In this document: piece after piece, positions 12,780-21,390 of the stretch
Layout of the letters: each line of letters starts with the position of its first letter
Position numbering within the stretch: the stretch's first letter is position 1
Origin: an uncultured Holophagae bacterium
GTDB taxonomy: Bacteria > Acidobacteriota > Thermoanaerobaculia > Thermoanaerobaculales > Sulfomarinibacteraceae
Direction of reading: 5' to 3'
DNA length: 64,000 nt
Assembly (NCBI GenBank): GCA_963710645.1
Contig: CAVQBD010000002.1
Location: 138,828-202,827 of the forward strand
Translations under genes and position numbers: made by a program
Notes under the pieces: model-generated
The model's database searches: none
What the model saw: the letters and a program-made list of their open reading frames with translations, nothing else
What the model was told of the DNA's origin: nothing

Positions 12780-13904
12780 ATGAGTCCGAAATCCGCGTGG
12801 GCAGTGGTCATGATTCTGGCTGGGTTGGCGGTTGGAGTGGGAGCCGAAACTGCCGACCCGCCGGATCAGGATCCGGTACTGCTCCGTTTCATGGAACGTG
12901 CCATGACCTACTATCCGGACTCCACCTTCCGGGTGACTTCCATCGACCGCAGGCAGACACCGTCGGGTTCGTACCGCTTGGTCGAGGTCGACCGAGCGTG
13001 CGCAAACGACCGGCTCTCCGGTCCCCGGACCGTGGTGATTGACGACGTTTCGGATTTGGCGTGGTTTGGAAGCGCCGCCCAACTCCCACTGCAGGAAACC
13101 GGTGTCGGCGGCGATGCGTTGCGGAGCTTTCTCAACGAGTTCCTGCCCGGTGCCTTGAAATCGAGCCTGCGGATGAAGGCGACCCTGGACTGGTCCGACC
13201 CCCCTTACCGCAACGGCGCCTTACTGTCGTTTTGGCTGCTGGTGGACTCCGGCTACGGCGAGTACCGGAGGGCCGCTTCGGTCACCTCGGACGGAGCATA
13301 TGTGGTGCTCGGACCCGTCTACCCGCTCAACGTGGATCCGGTGGAGTATCGGCGCCGCTTGCTCTCTGACAGTGAGGTGGTGGTCTGGGATCATGTGGGC
13401 TCCGACGACGCCAAGGTGCAGATCGTGGAGTTTTCGGATTTCGAGTGCCCGGCGTGCCGGCGCACCTGGCCCACGGTCAAGACCGTGCTTGAAACCAAAG
13501 GCTCGACGGTCAGCCACGGGATGGTGAGCTACCCGCTGACCGTCATCCATCCGTGGTCCTTCCGGGCAGCGTCCGCATCGTGGTGCGTCAGCGCCCAGCA
13601 ACCGGATCTCATGCTGCCGTTCAAGGAGCTGTTCTACGATCTCCAGACTGAAATGGGTGTGTCGCTCGTAACCCCCACGGCAAACGACTTCGTGGCCGCC
13701 AATGGACTGGATGAGGTGGCTTTCGACGCCTGCTATTTGAAGTCGGAGTCCCTTGATGCCGTCCACCGCCAGATATCCCTCGCCCACGAGATCGGCATCA
13801 TTTCCACGCCCACCTATCTCGTCAACGGATATGTTCTCCAGGTTGTTGCAGAGGATTGGCTCGTGAAACTCATTGACGACCTGGCGGCCGGTGAGGAACC
13901 GTAG
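12780..13904 (+). CDS. Secreted thioredoxin-fold thiol:disulfide oxidoreductase (DsbA-like)
   Basis: Signal peptide (SAWAVVMILAGLAVGVGA) and a C-terminal thioredoxin-like domain with a CPAC active site (VEFSDFECPACRR). GTG 12774 is an alternative start. Confidence 0.7.
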   Translation: MSPKSAWAVVMILAGLAVGVGAETADPPDQDPVLLRFMERAMTYYPDSTFRVTSIDRRQTPSGSYRLVEVDRACANDRLSGPRTVVIDDVSDLAWFGSAAQLPLQETGVGGDALRSFLNEFLPGALKSSLRMKATLDWSDPPYRNGALLSFWLLVDSGYGEYRRAASVTSDGAYVVLGPVYPLNVDPVEYRRRLLSDSEVVVWDHVGSDDAKVQIVEFSDFECPACRRTWPTVKTVLETKGSTVSHGMVSYPLTVIHPWSFRAASASWCVSAQQPDLMLPFKELFYDLQTEMGVSLVTPTANDFVAANGLDEVAFDACYLKSESLDAVHRQISLAHEIGIISTPTYLVNGYVLQVVAEDWLVKLIDDLAAGEEP

Positions 13905-13906
13905 GA

Positions 13907-13988
13907 GAAAATTCGAAATTCGAAAACCCTCACCCTCCCGGTTGGGCGGGGGCCACTTCTCATTTCTCATTTCACATTTCTCATTTCC
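13907..13988. repeat. Heptamer arrays, AAATTCG x3 (13907-13927) and CATTTCT x5 (13954-13988), flanking a GGTTGGGCGGGGGCC motif
   Basis: The first array starts 3 nt after the TAG stop at 13902-13904. The second ends 7 nt before the sigma-54 -24 element. Confidence 0.9.
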
Positions 13989-13994
13989 CCCCCC

Positions 13995-14010
13995 GGCACA
14001 CCGATTGCAT
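13995..14010 (+). promoter_or_regulatory. Sigma-54 (-24/-12) promoter candidate for the small Cys protein and NuoEFG-like/GltD-HdrD operon
   Basis: CGGCACACCGATTGCA. GG at 13996-13997 and GC at 14008-14009 give canonical 12-nt register against TGGCAC-N5-TTGCW. It lies about 25 nt upstream of ATG 14034. Confidence 0.6.
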
Positions 14011-14033
14011 CGCCTCACACCAGGCGGTGGACC

Positions 14034-14276
14034 ATGGCCCAGCCAATTTTCGGGAGGGGTGACTGTCAAAGTTGCCGGTTCTTCATCGACGACCCTCACC
14101 AGTTGGAGAGGGTGCTCATCGGGGTTTTGGCGCTGTCCTCCACCTACGGTTCGACCCGCGGTGACAGCGGCATCTGCACCGTCCATGACACCTTCCAGTA
14201 CCCGTTGACCGACTGCGAACACTACCGTTCCCGAGACCGGTGTTTCGAGGTGGTGGCCGGAGATGTTACGCAATAG
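14034..14276 (+). CDS. Small Cys-rich hypothetical protein (80 aa)
   Basis: ORF 14034..14276 with G/C-rich third codon positions. Motifs CQSCRFF, GICTVHD and DCEHY. It lies directly downstream of a sigma-54-type promoter and overlaps the start of the next gene. Confidence 0.55.
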   Translation: MAQPIFGRGDCQSCRFFIDDPHQLERVLIGVLALSSTYGSTRGDSGICTVHDTFQYPLTDCEHYRSRDRCFEVVAGDVTQ

Positions 14277-16416
14277 TGACGGCGCCGGGTCCGGTCAGAT
14301 GATATCCGGGAGTTGGCAGGTGCAAAGCAAAGGCTCGACCCCCCGACCCGAACATCTGGCGGAGCTGGCGGATGATTTTCTGACCAGGTGTCGAGGCGAC
14401 GGACCAGCCAACTGCGCCGCCCGCTGTCCGCTGCACGTTGATGCTCACGGCTATATGCAGTTGACCCGCCTCGGCAGGTTTCGCGAGGCATTGCAGTTGA
14501 TTCGCGAGGAACTCCCGTTTCCGGGCATCCTGGGCCACGTGTGCGTCCATCCGTGTGAGCTGCACTGCAAGAGGATCGATACCGATTCGGCCGTTCGGAT
14601 CCGTGATGTGAAGCGTTTTCTCGCCCAATGGGAGCCCGGTGACCCGCAGCACGTGACCGATTGCCTCCCGTCGAAGGAACAGACCGTGGCCGTGGTGGGC
14701 TCCGGTCCGGCGGGGCTGATTGCCGGCTATGACCTCCGTCGCCAAGGCTACCGGGTGACGATTTTTGAAAAAGAGGACCGGATCGGCGGCTGTCTGACCC
14801 ACAGGATCCCGGAATGGCGGCTGCCGGCAGATGTGCGGCAGCGGGACCTGTCCATCGTCGATGCGGTGGGACTTGCCGTCGAGACGGGTGTGGAGGTCGG
14901 GAAGGACCTCAGCCTCGGCGAGCTCTGCGCCTCCCACCACGCCGTGCTTCTGGTGGTGGGCTTCGGTGGCGGGCAAATCCTGCTCGATCGGGAATCCTCC
15001 AGCCTTCGCCGGTCGGCACGTCAGACGATAATGGTGAATCCAAACACCGGCATGTCGGACATCGAGGGTGTGTTCGCCGGTGCTGATGCCGTGACCGGGC
15101 CTGGGACGGTGATCCACGCTCTGGCGTGGGGTCGGAGGTTGGCCAGGTCGGCGGAGAAGTTCCTCGACGGCCGAGACCCGGCCGAGGACCAATGGTCCCA
15201 CCGCCCGCCACCCCTGTTGTGGCGCCTCGAGGTGGACGAGGCCGAGCGACGTCGGCGAGAGCGACCGCCGGTGATGCTGCGACCGCCTCCAGAGGAGATG
15301 ACCGAGGCCGAAGCGGTGGCAGAGGGCGAGAGATGTCTCGACTGTGTCTGTGGACTCTGCACGGTTGAGTGCGAATTCCTGGCCAAGTATTGCGATGTGC
15401 CGAGGCAGCTGGCTGCAAAGATCCGGGACGGTCCGGAGCATCACCTCGACATGGTCTATTCCTGTAACCTGTGTGGTCTCTGCCGCCAGGTCTGTCCGGT
15501 GGACCTGGACACAGGTGAGTTGATGCTCGAGGCGAGACGGCGTGCTGTGCGCAGTGGGGTCGCTCCGCTTGATCGTCACCGCAAGGAATTGCGGTTCTTT
15601 CGACTGGGCGTCTCCAAGACCTTCTCGCTGGCAGCTCCGGAGCCGGGCCGCCGCACGGCCAACAGTTTGTTCTTCACCGGTTGCTCGTTGCCGGCCTCCT
15701 CCCCTGAAAACACCCTCCGCCTTTACCAGGAACTGCGACGCCTTTCCCCCGGCATCGGTGTTCTGATGCACTGTTGCGGTGCGCCGGCATTCGCCATCGG
15801 GATGGAGGAGGAAGCTCGCTCCGCCCGGCAAAACGTGCTGGAGATGGCCCAGAGCCTCGGTGCCGACGAGCTGATCGTGGCGTGTCCCGGGTGCCAGAAA
15901 ACCCTTGACCAGCCCGATTTCGGCCTCAAGGTGCGGTCCGCCTGGCAGCTCCTGGCCGAGTCCTGGTCACCTGAGGTGGACTGGAAGGGGCTCGACGTTT
16001 CGGTGCACGATCCGTGCGTGGCCCGTCACGACGCCGCCACCCAAGACGCGGTGCGATTGCTCATCAACGGGACCGGTGCAAGGACCGTCGACTTGGAGGC
16101 CTCGGGGGAGGACACGAGGTGCTGCGGTCTTGGCGGGAGGATTGGCGGCGTGGATCCCCAGCTTTCCCGGGCGGTTGCACAACGGCGGGTGGCCGAGGCC
16201 TCGGATCCGATCGTCACCTACTGCACGAGGTGCCGGGCCGCACTGCAGAGCGGTGGGGGAGCTCCGGTCCACCTCCTGGAACTATTGTTCGCCAATGATC
16301 TGGAGAGGGCCCTGGCCAGAAAACCGCTGGGTGCCATTCGGCGCTATGCCAATCGTTTGTTGGCCAAGAGATCATTGCGCCGTGGCCCGCTCACCGGCCG
16401 GGTGCAGGGCGGATGA
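14263..16416 (+). CDS. GltD/DsrL-like NAD(P)H flavoprotein fused to an HdrD/GlpC-like module (2x[4Fe-4S] and 2 CCG domains)
   Basis: N-terminus matches the glutamate-synthase small-subunit pattern (CAARCPLHVD...FPGILGHVCVHPCELHCKR; dinucleotide fold VAVVGSGPAGL...IFEKEDRIGG). Two ferredoxin motifs follow (CLDCVCGLCTVEC, CNLCGLCRQVCP). Two CCG motifs complete it (HCCGAP...ACPGC and CCGLGG...YCTRC). Confidence 0.75.
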   Translation: MLRNSDGAGSGQMISGSWQVQSKGSTPRPEHLAELADDFLTRCRGDGPANCAARCPLHVDAHGYMQLTRLGRFREALQLIREELPFPGILGHVCVHPCELHCKRIDTDSAVRIRDVKRFLAQWEPGDPQHVTDCLPSKEQTVAVVGSGPAGLIAGYDLRRQGYRVTIFEKEDRIGGCLTHRIPEWRLPADVRQRDLSIVDAVGLAVETGVEVGKDLSLGELCASHHAVLLVVGFGGGQILLDRESSSLRRSARQTIMVNPNTGMSDIEGVFAGADAVTGPGTVIHALAWGRRLARSAEKFLDGRDPAEDQWSHRPPPLLWRLEVDEAERRRRERPPVMLRPPPEEMTEAEAVAEGERCLDCVCGLCTVECEFLAKYCDVPRQLAAKIRDGPEHHLDMVYSCNLCGLCRQVCPVDLDTGELMLEARRRAVRSGVAPLDRHRKELRFFRLGVSKTFSLAAPEPGRRTANSLFFTGCSLPASSPENTLRLYQELRRLSPGIGVLMHCCGAPAFAIGMEEEARSARQNVLEMAQSLGADELIVACPGCQKTLDQPDFGLKVRSAWQLLAESWSPEVDWKGLDVSVHDPCVARHDAATQDAVRLLINGTGARTVDLEASGEDTRCCGLGGRIGGVDPQLSRAVAQRRVAEASDPIVTYCTRCRAALQSGGGAPVHLLELLFANDLERALARKPLGAIRRYANRLLAKRSLRRGPLTGRVQGG

Positions 16417-18944
16417 CGAGCCTGAGAAACGTGCGGGTCACGGTCGATGGAACGCCGGTCGACGTGCCGGTGGGCCGCTCTCTGCTGCAGGTCTTGCGAG
16501 ATCTTCGCGTACGCGTTCCGACCCTCTGTCATGACGACCGACTCACTCCCTACGGAGGATGTCGGCTGTGTGTGGTGGATCGAAGGGACGGTAACCGCGG
16601 TCTAGTGACCGCCTGCTCCACCCCAGTGGAGGAGGGGATGGTCGTGAGGACCCGGACGCCGGAGATCGTGGAGTCCCGGAGGCGGCAGCTGCAGCTGCTT
16701 TTGCTCAACCACCGGCTCGACTGTCCGGTGTGTCAACGCAACGGCGACTGTCGGTTGCAGGACCTGATCTACGAAATCGGCGTGCCGGACGAAGATCTGC
16801 CCTTTGAATCAACCCCGGTACCGGCGGACGACCCCTCGCCGATCATCCTTCGTGATCCTGGAAAGTGCATCGTTTGCGGGCGCTGTGTGCGACTGTGCGA
16901 GGAGGTGCAGGGCGTCGCGGCCATCGGTTTCAAGGGCAGGGGATTGGAGCTGCGGGTGGCGACCTTCGACGGTCGCCCGCTGGACTGTGAGTTCTGCGGC
17001 CAGTGCGTGAACGCGTGCCCGGTTGGAGCCCTCACGACGCGGACCGACGGTTCGGATGTGCCGGCCTGGTTGCGGGAGTCGGTCACCACGACCTGCGGTT
17101 TCTGCAGTTGTGGATGCCAGCTCACCGTGGAGTCAGACGAGGGCCGGCTGCAGCGAGTGACCTCTGCGCCGGGGAGTTCGCCCAACAACGGAAAGCTGTG
17201 TGTCAAGGGGTGGCTCGGGCATGACCTCTTGGCCGACCCCGATCGGTTGACAGAACCGCTGGTCCGCCGGGGTGGTCGGCTCGTTGCTGTTGGTTGGTCC
17301 GAAGCCTTGGCAGCGGCGGTTGCCGGAATCGAAGCCGCCGCGGGTTCGGGGCGGCCCGTGGTGGGTCTTGGAAGTGGCAGGCTGAGTTGTGAGGACGGCT
17401 ATCTGCTCCAGCGGTTCATGCGGGGTGTGCTGTCGTCGCCCCACGTGGCCCTCGCCCCCACCGGTGGTGTGGAAGCGCTGGTGGACGGGCTCGGCCGGGT
17501 TCTGACCCGGGCGGCCTCCACCGGCAGTTTCCAGAGCTTGGCGGAGGCCGATCTCGTGGTGGTTCTGCGTGCGGACCCGGGCCGCACCCATCCTCTGGTC
17601 AAGACGGAGATCGTCCAAGGGGTTCAGCAGCGCGGCCAACGGCTGATTCTGGCTCACGCCCTGTCGGGTGGTCTCGAGCGACACGCCGAAAGTTACGTGC
17701 GGTTGGAGCCGGGGTCGGAGGCCGATCTATTGGGAGGTGTGACCAGGGCGCTGCTCGAAGAACGGCCGGTTCTCGAGCATCGCATCGAGGAGATTCCTGG
17801 AGCGCGGGGATTTGTCGACAGTCTGGCCGGTTACACCGAGGGTTGGGTCTGCAGGCGGACGGGAGTGCCGGTAACTGAGTTTCGCCGGCTCGTACACCTC
17901 CTACTCCAGGCCCGCCGTCCCCAGTTGGTGGTTGTCACGGGTCTCGGAATTCCCGGTGACGAGGCGGCCGTTTCCCGGGCTGCCGTTCAACTGAGTGCTC
18001 TTCTTCCTGGGAATGGGGGCGTGCTGGTGCTCGGCGAAAAGGCCAACGTTCAGGGCCTGGTGGATGTTGGAGTCCACCCCCGGCTGCTTCCCGGACACCG
18101 CCCGGCATCGGATATCTCGGCCCGGGAGGATCTGACGGCCCTCATTGGATGCGATTTTGCGACCGGCGTTGGCTGGACGGCGCGCGAGGCATGTGATGCG
18201 GCGGTGGAAAGGGAGGTGGGCGCTCTGCTGCTTGCGGGTGTGGACCCGGTGCGGAATTTCCCCAGGGAGTATCAGGGTCGTGCCGCGGTGGACGGCGCCG
18301 GATTCGTGATCTGCCTCGACGCCTTTCCCACCGAATCCGCACGGATGGCGGACGTGGTGCTGCCGGTGGCGATCCTCGCCGAGCGAGATGGGAGTACGGT
18401 GGGATTGGACGGGGTCCGGCGGTCGTTGCGGCAAGCGCTCGCGCCACCGGTTCCCTTGCCCGGGGATGGTGATCTGTTGCGCCAGCTGGCGGTTCTGATG
18501 GGGTCCGACCTACCGGCGGGGGGGCGGCTCTCCAGTGAGATGGAGCGGGTGGTGGGATGGCCCTATCCCACCGCAGCTCTCCGGCGCCTGCTGCCGGCAC
18601 CGGAATCGGGAGGCGGCCTCGGCTGGTCGGGCATCCTGCTCGATGGATCGCCTCAGCTCTTTCACTCCGGCTCGGTGACGACCCGTAGCGCGAACCTCAG
18701 GGAGCTTGCTCCGCCTGTGGCCCTGCGTCTCCATCCGGAAGATGCTCTCGAGCTGGACGTGGGAGCCGGAGACGTGATTTCGGTGGCCAGCGGAGGCCGC
18801 GAGCTCCTGCTCCGGGCGAGAGTGGACTCCACGGTCCGCCGAAGCACGGCAGTCGTGCTTTGGGGGGCGGGCCGCCACGGAGCGTCGGAGCTGATGGACA
18901 GCGAATCACAGCCGGTCGCCGTCACCCTCCGGAGGTCCCGGTGA
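16413..18944 (+). CDS. NuoG/FdhA-like Fe-S protein with a molybdopterin-oxidoreductase-like domain that appears to lack a catalytic Cys/Sec
   Basis: ATGA overlap with the upstream gene. 2Fe-2S (CHDDRLTPYGGCRLC), CPVCQRNGDCRLQ, CIVCGRCVRLC, CEFCGQCVNACP and the CGFCSCGC...GKLCVKG cluster. The stretch where FdhA has its active-site C/U-H reads SSPHVALAPTGG, by my eye alignment. Confidence 0.7.
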   Translation: MTSLRNVRVTVDGTPVDVPVGRSLLQVLRDLRVRVPTLCHDDRLTPYGGCRLCVVDRRDGNRGLVTACSTPVEEGMVVRTRTPEIVESRRRQLQLLLLNHRLDCPVCQRNGDCRLQDLIYEIGVPDEDLPFESTPVPADDPSPIILRDPGKCIVCGRCVRLCEEVQGVAAIGFKGRGLELRVATFDGRPLDCEFCGQCVNACPVGALTTRTDGSDVPAWLRESVTTTCGFCSCGCQLTVESDEGRLQRVTSAPGSSPNNGKLCVKGWLGHDLLADPDRLTEPLVRRGGRLVAVGWSEALAAAVAGIEAAAGSGRPVVGLGSGRLSCEDGYLLQRFMRGVLSSPHVALAPTGGVEALVDGLGRVLTRAASTGSFQSLAEADLVVVLRADPGRTHPLVKTEIVQGVQQRGQRLILAHALSGGLERHAESYVRLEPGSEADLLGGVTRALLEERPVLEHRIEEIPGARGFVDSLAGYTEGWVCRRTGVPVTEFRRLVHLLLQARRPQLVVVTGLGIPGDEAAVSRAAVQLSALLPGNGGVLVLGEKANVQGLVDVGVHPRLLPGHRPASDISAREDLTALIGCDFATGVGWTAREACDAAVEREVGALLLAGVDPVRNFPREYQGRAAVDGAGFVICLDAFPTESARMADVVLPVAILAERDGSTVGLDGVRRSLRQALAPPVPLPGDGDLLRQLAVLMGSDLPAGGRLSSEMERVVGWPYPTAALRRLLPAPESGGGLGWSGILLDGSPQLFHSGSVTTRSANLRELAPPVALRLHPEDALELDVGAGDVISVASGGRELLLRARVDSTVRRSTAVVLWGAGRHGASELMDSESQPVAVTLRRSR

Positions 18945-21379
18945 TTGTCCACCCCTCCGGGGTCTCCACTGGCTATTACGGATCGCAGCCATCGGTGCCC
19001 CTGGAACCTGCGGTGGTGGATCTGGTGGACGCCTTCTTGTCCGCCAATCCGGGGGGTCGGGAGAGGTTGATTCCACTGTTGCAGTGCGTTCAGGACGAAG
19101 TCGGCCACCTACCCGTCGAGGCTCAGGAGCTGGTGGCAGATCGTCTGGCCATGTCACCGATCCAGGTCGCAGGAGTGGTCAGCTTCTACGATCTGTTCAC
19201 CCTCACGCCGCGGGCACCATTCGAAATCCGGGTCTGCGCGGGGACCGCCTGCCACGTTCAGGGTGGCGAAAGGGTGCTCGATGCGCTCACCGACGCTCTT
19301 GGAGTGACTGCCGGTGGCATCTCGGCAGACGGGTTGTTCAACCTCGAGCGAGGCCACTGCATCGGTGCCTGCGCCCTGGCCCCAGCGGTGATGGTCAACG
19401 GAGTTGTCCACGGGCGAATGACGGCCGGATCGGTGCGGCGGCTGGTGAGTCGGTTGCGTCACTCGGTCAAGGCTGCGGCGGAGCGGCCCGGTTCCATGGG
19501 TGCCGTCCGGTTGAGCCCTATGGGAGGCCTGTGGCGGAGCGCCCGTTGGCTGCCGACCGATGCATCCGGTGATGAAATCGGTGTGCGCACGATCCAGATC
19601 TGTTCAGGAAGCGGTTGCCTCGCCAACGGAGCTTTGGAGGTGGCGGAAGCCCTCAAGGCCTGTCTCCGCCGGCTGCGACGGGATGGTGGCCCGCGAGGTG
19701 CTTCGGTGGATCGGGTCAGGATAGAACTTGGAATCACTGGCTGTCGTGGCTTCTGCGCCGCCGGACCCCTGGTGAAGATCCCTGAAGTCGGTGTCCTGTA
19801 CTGCGGTGTAGGGGTCGACGACGCCGACGAGATCATCCAGAAGACGGTGTTCCAGGGTCACGTCATTCCGCGGCTGATATTTGGCGGCACAACTGGCGAC
19901 GGAAGGTACCGCAGCCAAGACGATATTCCCTTCTTCTCCGGCCAACAGCGACATGTGCTCGGGCTCTGCGGTGAAATCGACCCCGAGCGTATCGAACAAT
20001 ACGAATCTCAGGGTGGTTACCTGGCACTCGAACGGGTTGTCCGGGAATTCCGGCCGGACCAGGTGATCCAGCGGGTGATGGAATCCGGGTTGGTGGGTCG
20101 AGGCGGTTCCGGATTTCCGACCGGACGGAAGTGGCAGTTGGTCGCCGACGCCCCGGACGAGACCAAGGTCGTCATCTGCAATGGTGACGAAGGCGATCCC
20201 GGGGCGTTTATGGACCGCAGCTTGATGGAGGGCGACCCCCATTCGGTGCTGGAGGGAATGGCCATAGCGGGCTATGCGGTGGGCGCCCACATCGGCTACG
20301 TCTACCTGCGCGCCTCCTACGAGATGGCGGTGAGGAGAATGTTGCACGCCGTCGCGCAGGCACGTGAGCGCGGTTTTATCGGGGACGATGTCATGGCCAG
20401 CGGATACCACTTCGATGTCCGGATCGTGCAAGGTGGCGGCGCTTTCGTGTGCGGCGAGGAAACCGCGCTCATAGCCTCCATCGAGGGGCGACGAGCCATG
20501 CCCAGGACCCGTCCGCCACATCCTGCGACCCGCGGCCTGTGGGGACACCCCACGTTGATCAACAACGTCGAGACTCTGGCCAACATCCCGCAGATCTTGA
20601 TGCCGAGAAACCAACGGGGAGCCGGCCGCGCTACGACCAAGACGTTTGCGCTCACCGGTGCTGTTCGCAACGTCGGGCTGGTGGAGGTCACTCTGGGCAC
20701 CTCCCTGCGGGAGATCGTGTTCGGCATAGGTGGCGGACTGGCCGAGGGGCGAACATTCAAGGCGGCATGGATCGGCGGACCCGGAGGTGGGTGTCTCGGA
20801 GAGCCCCAACTGGACACCCCCATCGACTATGACTCCCTGGAGGAACAGGGAGTGGCCATGGGTTCGGGTGGGTTGGTGGTGGTGGACGACCGTACCTGCT
20901 CCGTTCGGCTGGCGCGTTTCATGCTCGCGTTTTGCGTCGAAGAATCGTGTGGCAAGTGTTCGCCCTGCCGAATCGGAACGCGGGTTCTGCTCGGTCTGCT
21001 GACTCGCGTCAGCGAGGGTGAGGGGCGGGCGGGAGACCTGGAGAGAATCGAACGCCTCGGAGAACACGTGCACAGGACATCTCTCTGTGGACTGGGACAG
21101 TCGGCCCCAATGCCGGTTCTGACTGCGCTCCGCCATTTCCGTTCGGAGTTCGAATCCCACCTCAACAGCCGCAGTTGCCCCGCCGGGGAGTGCTACCGGT
21201 TGTTGGATCTGCGTATCGATGCCGAATTGTGCGAGGGCTGTGGAGACTGCGTCGTGGTCTGTCCGGAGCAGGCGATCGTGGGAGAACCCGGTTCGAGCTA
21301 CGCCATCGACCTCGACCGATGCAACCGCTGCGGGCTATGTATCCACTGCTGCCCGTACGATGCTATCGAAACAGTGTAA
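18941..21379 (+). CDS. NuoE-like/NuoF-like fusion flavoprotein with an extra 2Fe-2S domain and a C-terminal 2x[4Fe-4S] ferredoxin domain (HydB/HydC- or Bfu-type)
   Basis: GTG 18941 overlaps the upstream TGA. NuoE motif (VCAGTACHVQG...GHCIGACALAP) and a second thioredoxin-like 2Fe-2S (CSGSGCLANG...GCRGFCAAGP). NuoF motifs GRGGSGFPTGRKW, CNGDEGDPGAFMDR and SCGKCSPCR...LCGLG. Ferredoxin motifs CEGCGDCVVVCP and CNRCGLCIHCCP. Confidence 0.8.
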   Translation: MIVHPSGVSTGYYGSQPSVPLEPAVVDLVDAFLSANPGGRERLIPLLQCVQDEVGHLPVEAQELVADRLAMSPIQVAGVVSFYDLFTLTPRAPFEIRVCAGTACHVQGGERVLDALTDALGVTAGGISADGLFNLERGHCIGACALAPAVMVNGVVHGRMTAGSVRRLVSRLRHSVKAAAERPGSMGAVRLSPMGGLWRSARWLPTDASGDEIGVRTIQICSGSGCLANGALEVAEALKACLRRLRRDGGPRGASVDRVRIELGITGCRGFCAAGPLVKIPEVGVLYCGVGVDDADEIIQKTVFQGHVIPRLIFGGTTGDGRYRSQDDIPFFSGQQRHVLGLCGEIDPERIEQYESQGGYLALERVVREFRPDQVIQRVMESGLVGRGGSGFPTGRKWQLVADAPDETKVVICNGDEGDPGAFMDRSLMEGDPHSVLEGMAIAGYAVGAHIGYVYLRASYEMAVRRMLHAVAQARERGFIGDDVMASGYHFDVRIVQGGGAFVCGEETALIASIEGRRAMPRTRPPHPATRGLWGHPTLINNVETLANIPQILMPRNQRGAGRATTKTFALTGAVRNVGLVEVTLGTSLREIVFGIGGGLAEGRTFKAAWIGGPGGGCLGEPQLDTPIDYDSLEEQGVAMGSGGLVVVDDRTCSVRLARFMLAFCVEESCGKCSPCRIGTRVLLGLLTRVSEGEGRAGDLERIERLGEHVHRTSLCGLGQSAPMPVLTALRHFRSEFESHLNSRSCPAGECYRLLDLRIDAELCEGCGDCVVVCPEQAIVGEPGSSYAIDLDRCNRCGLCIHCCPYDAIETV

Positions 21380-21390
21380 TCTCTGGAGCC

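Noticed and set aside
14266-15831. 521-aa minus-strand ORF
   Set aside because: Antisense shadow of the GltD::HdrD gene, with no recognisable motifs and an Arg/Pro/Gly-biased composition.
19604-21160. 518-aa minus-strand ORF
   Set aside because: Antisense to the NuoE/F-like gene, whose FMN, NADH and Fe-S motifs are unambiguous.
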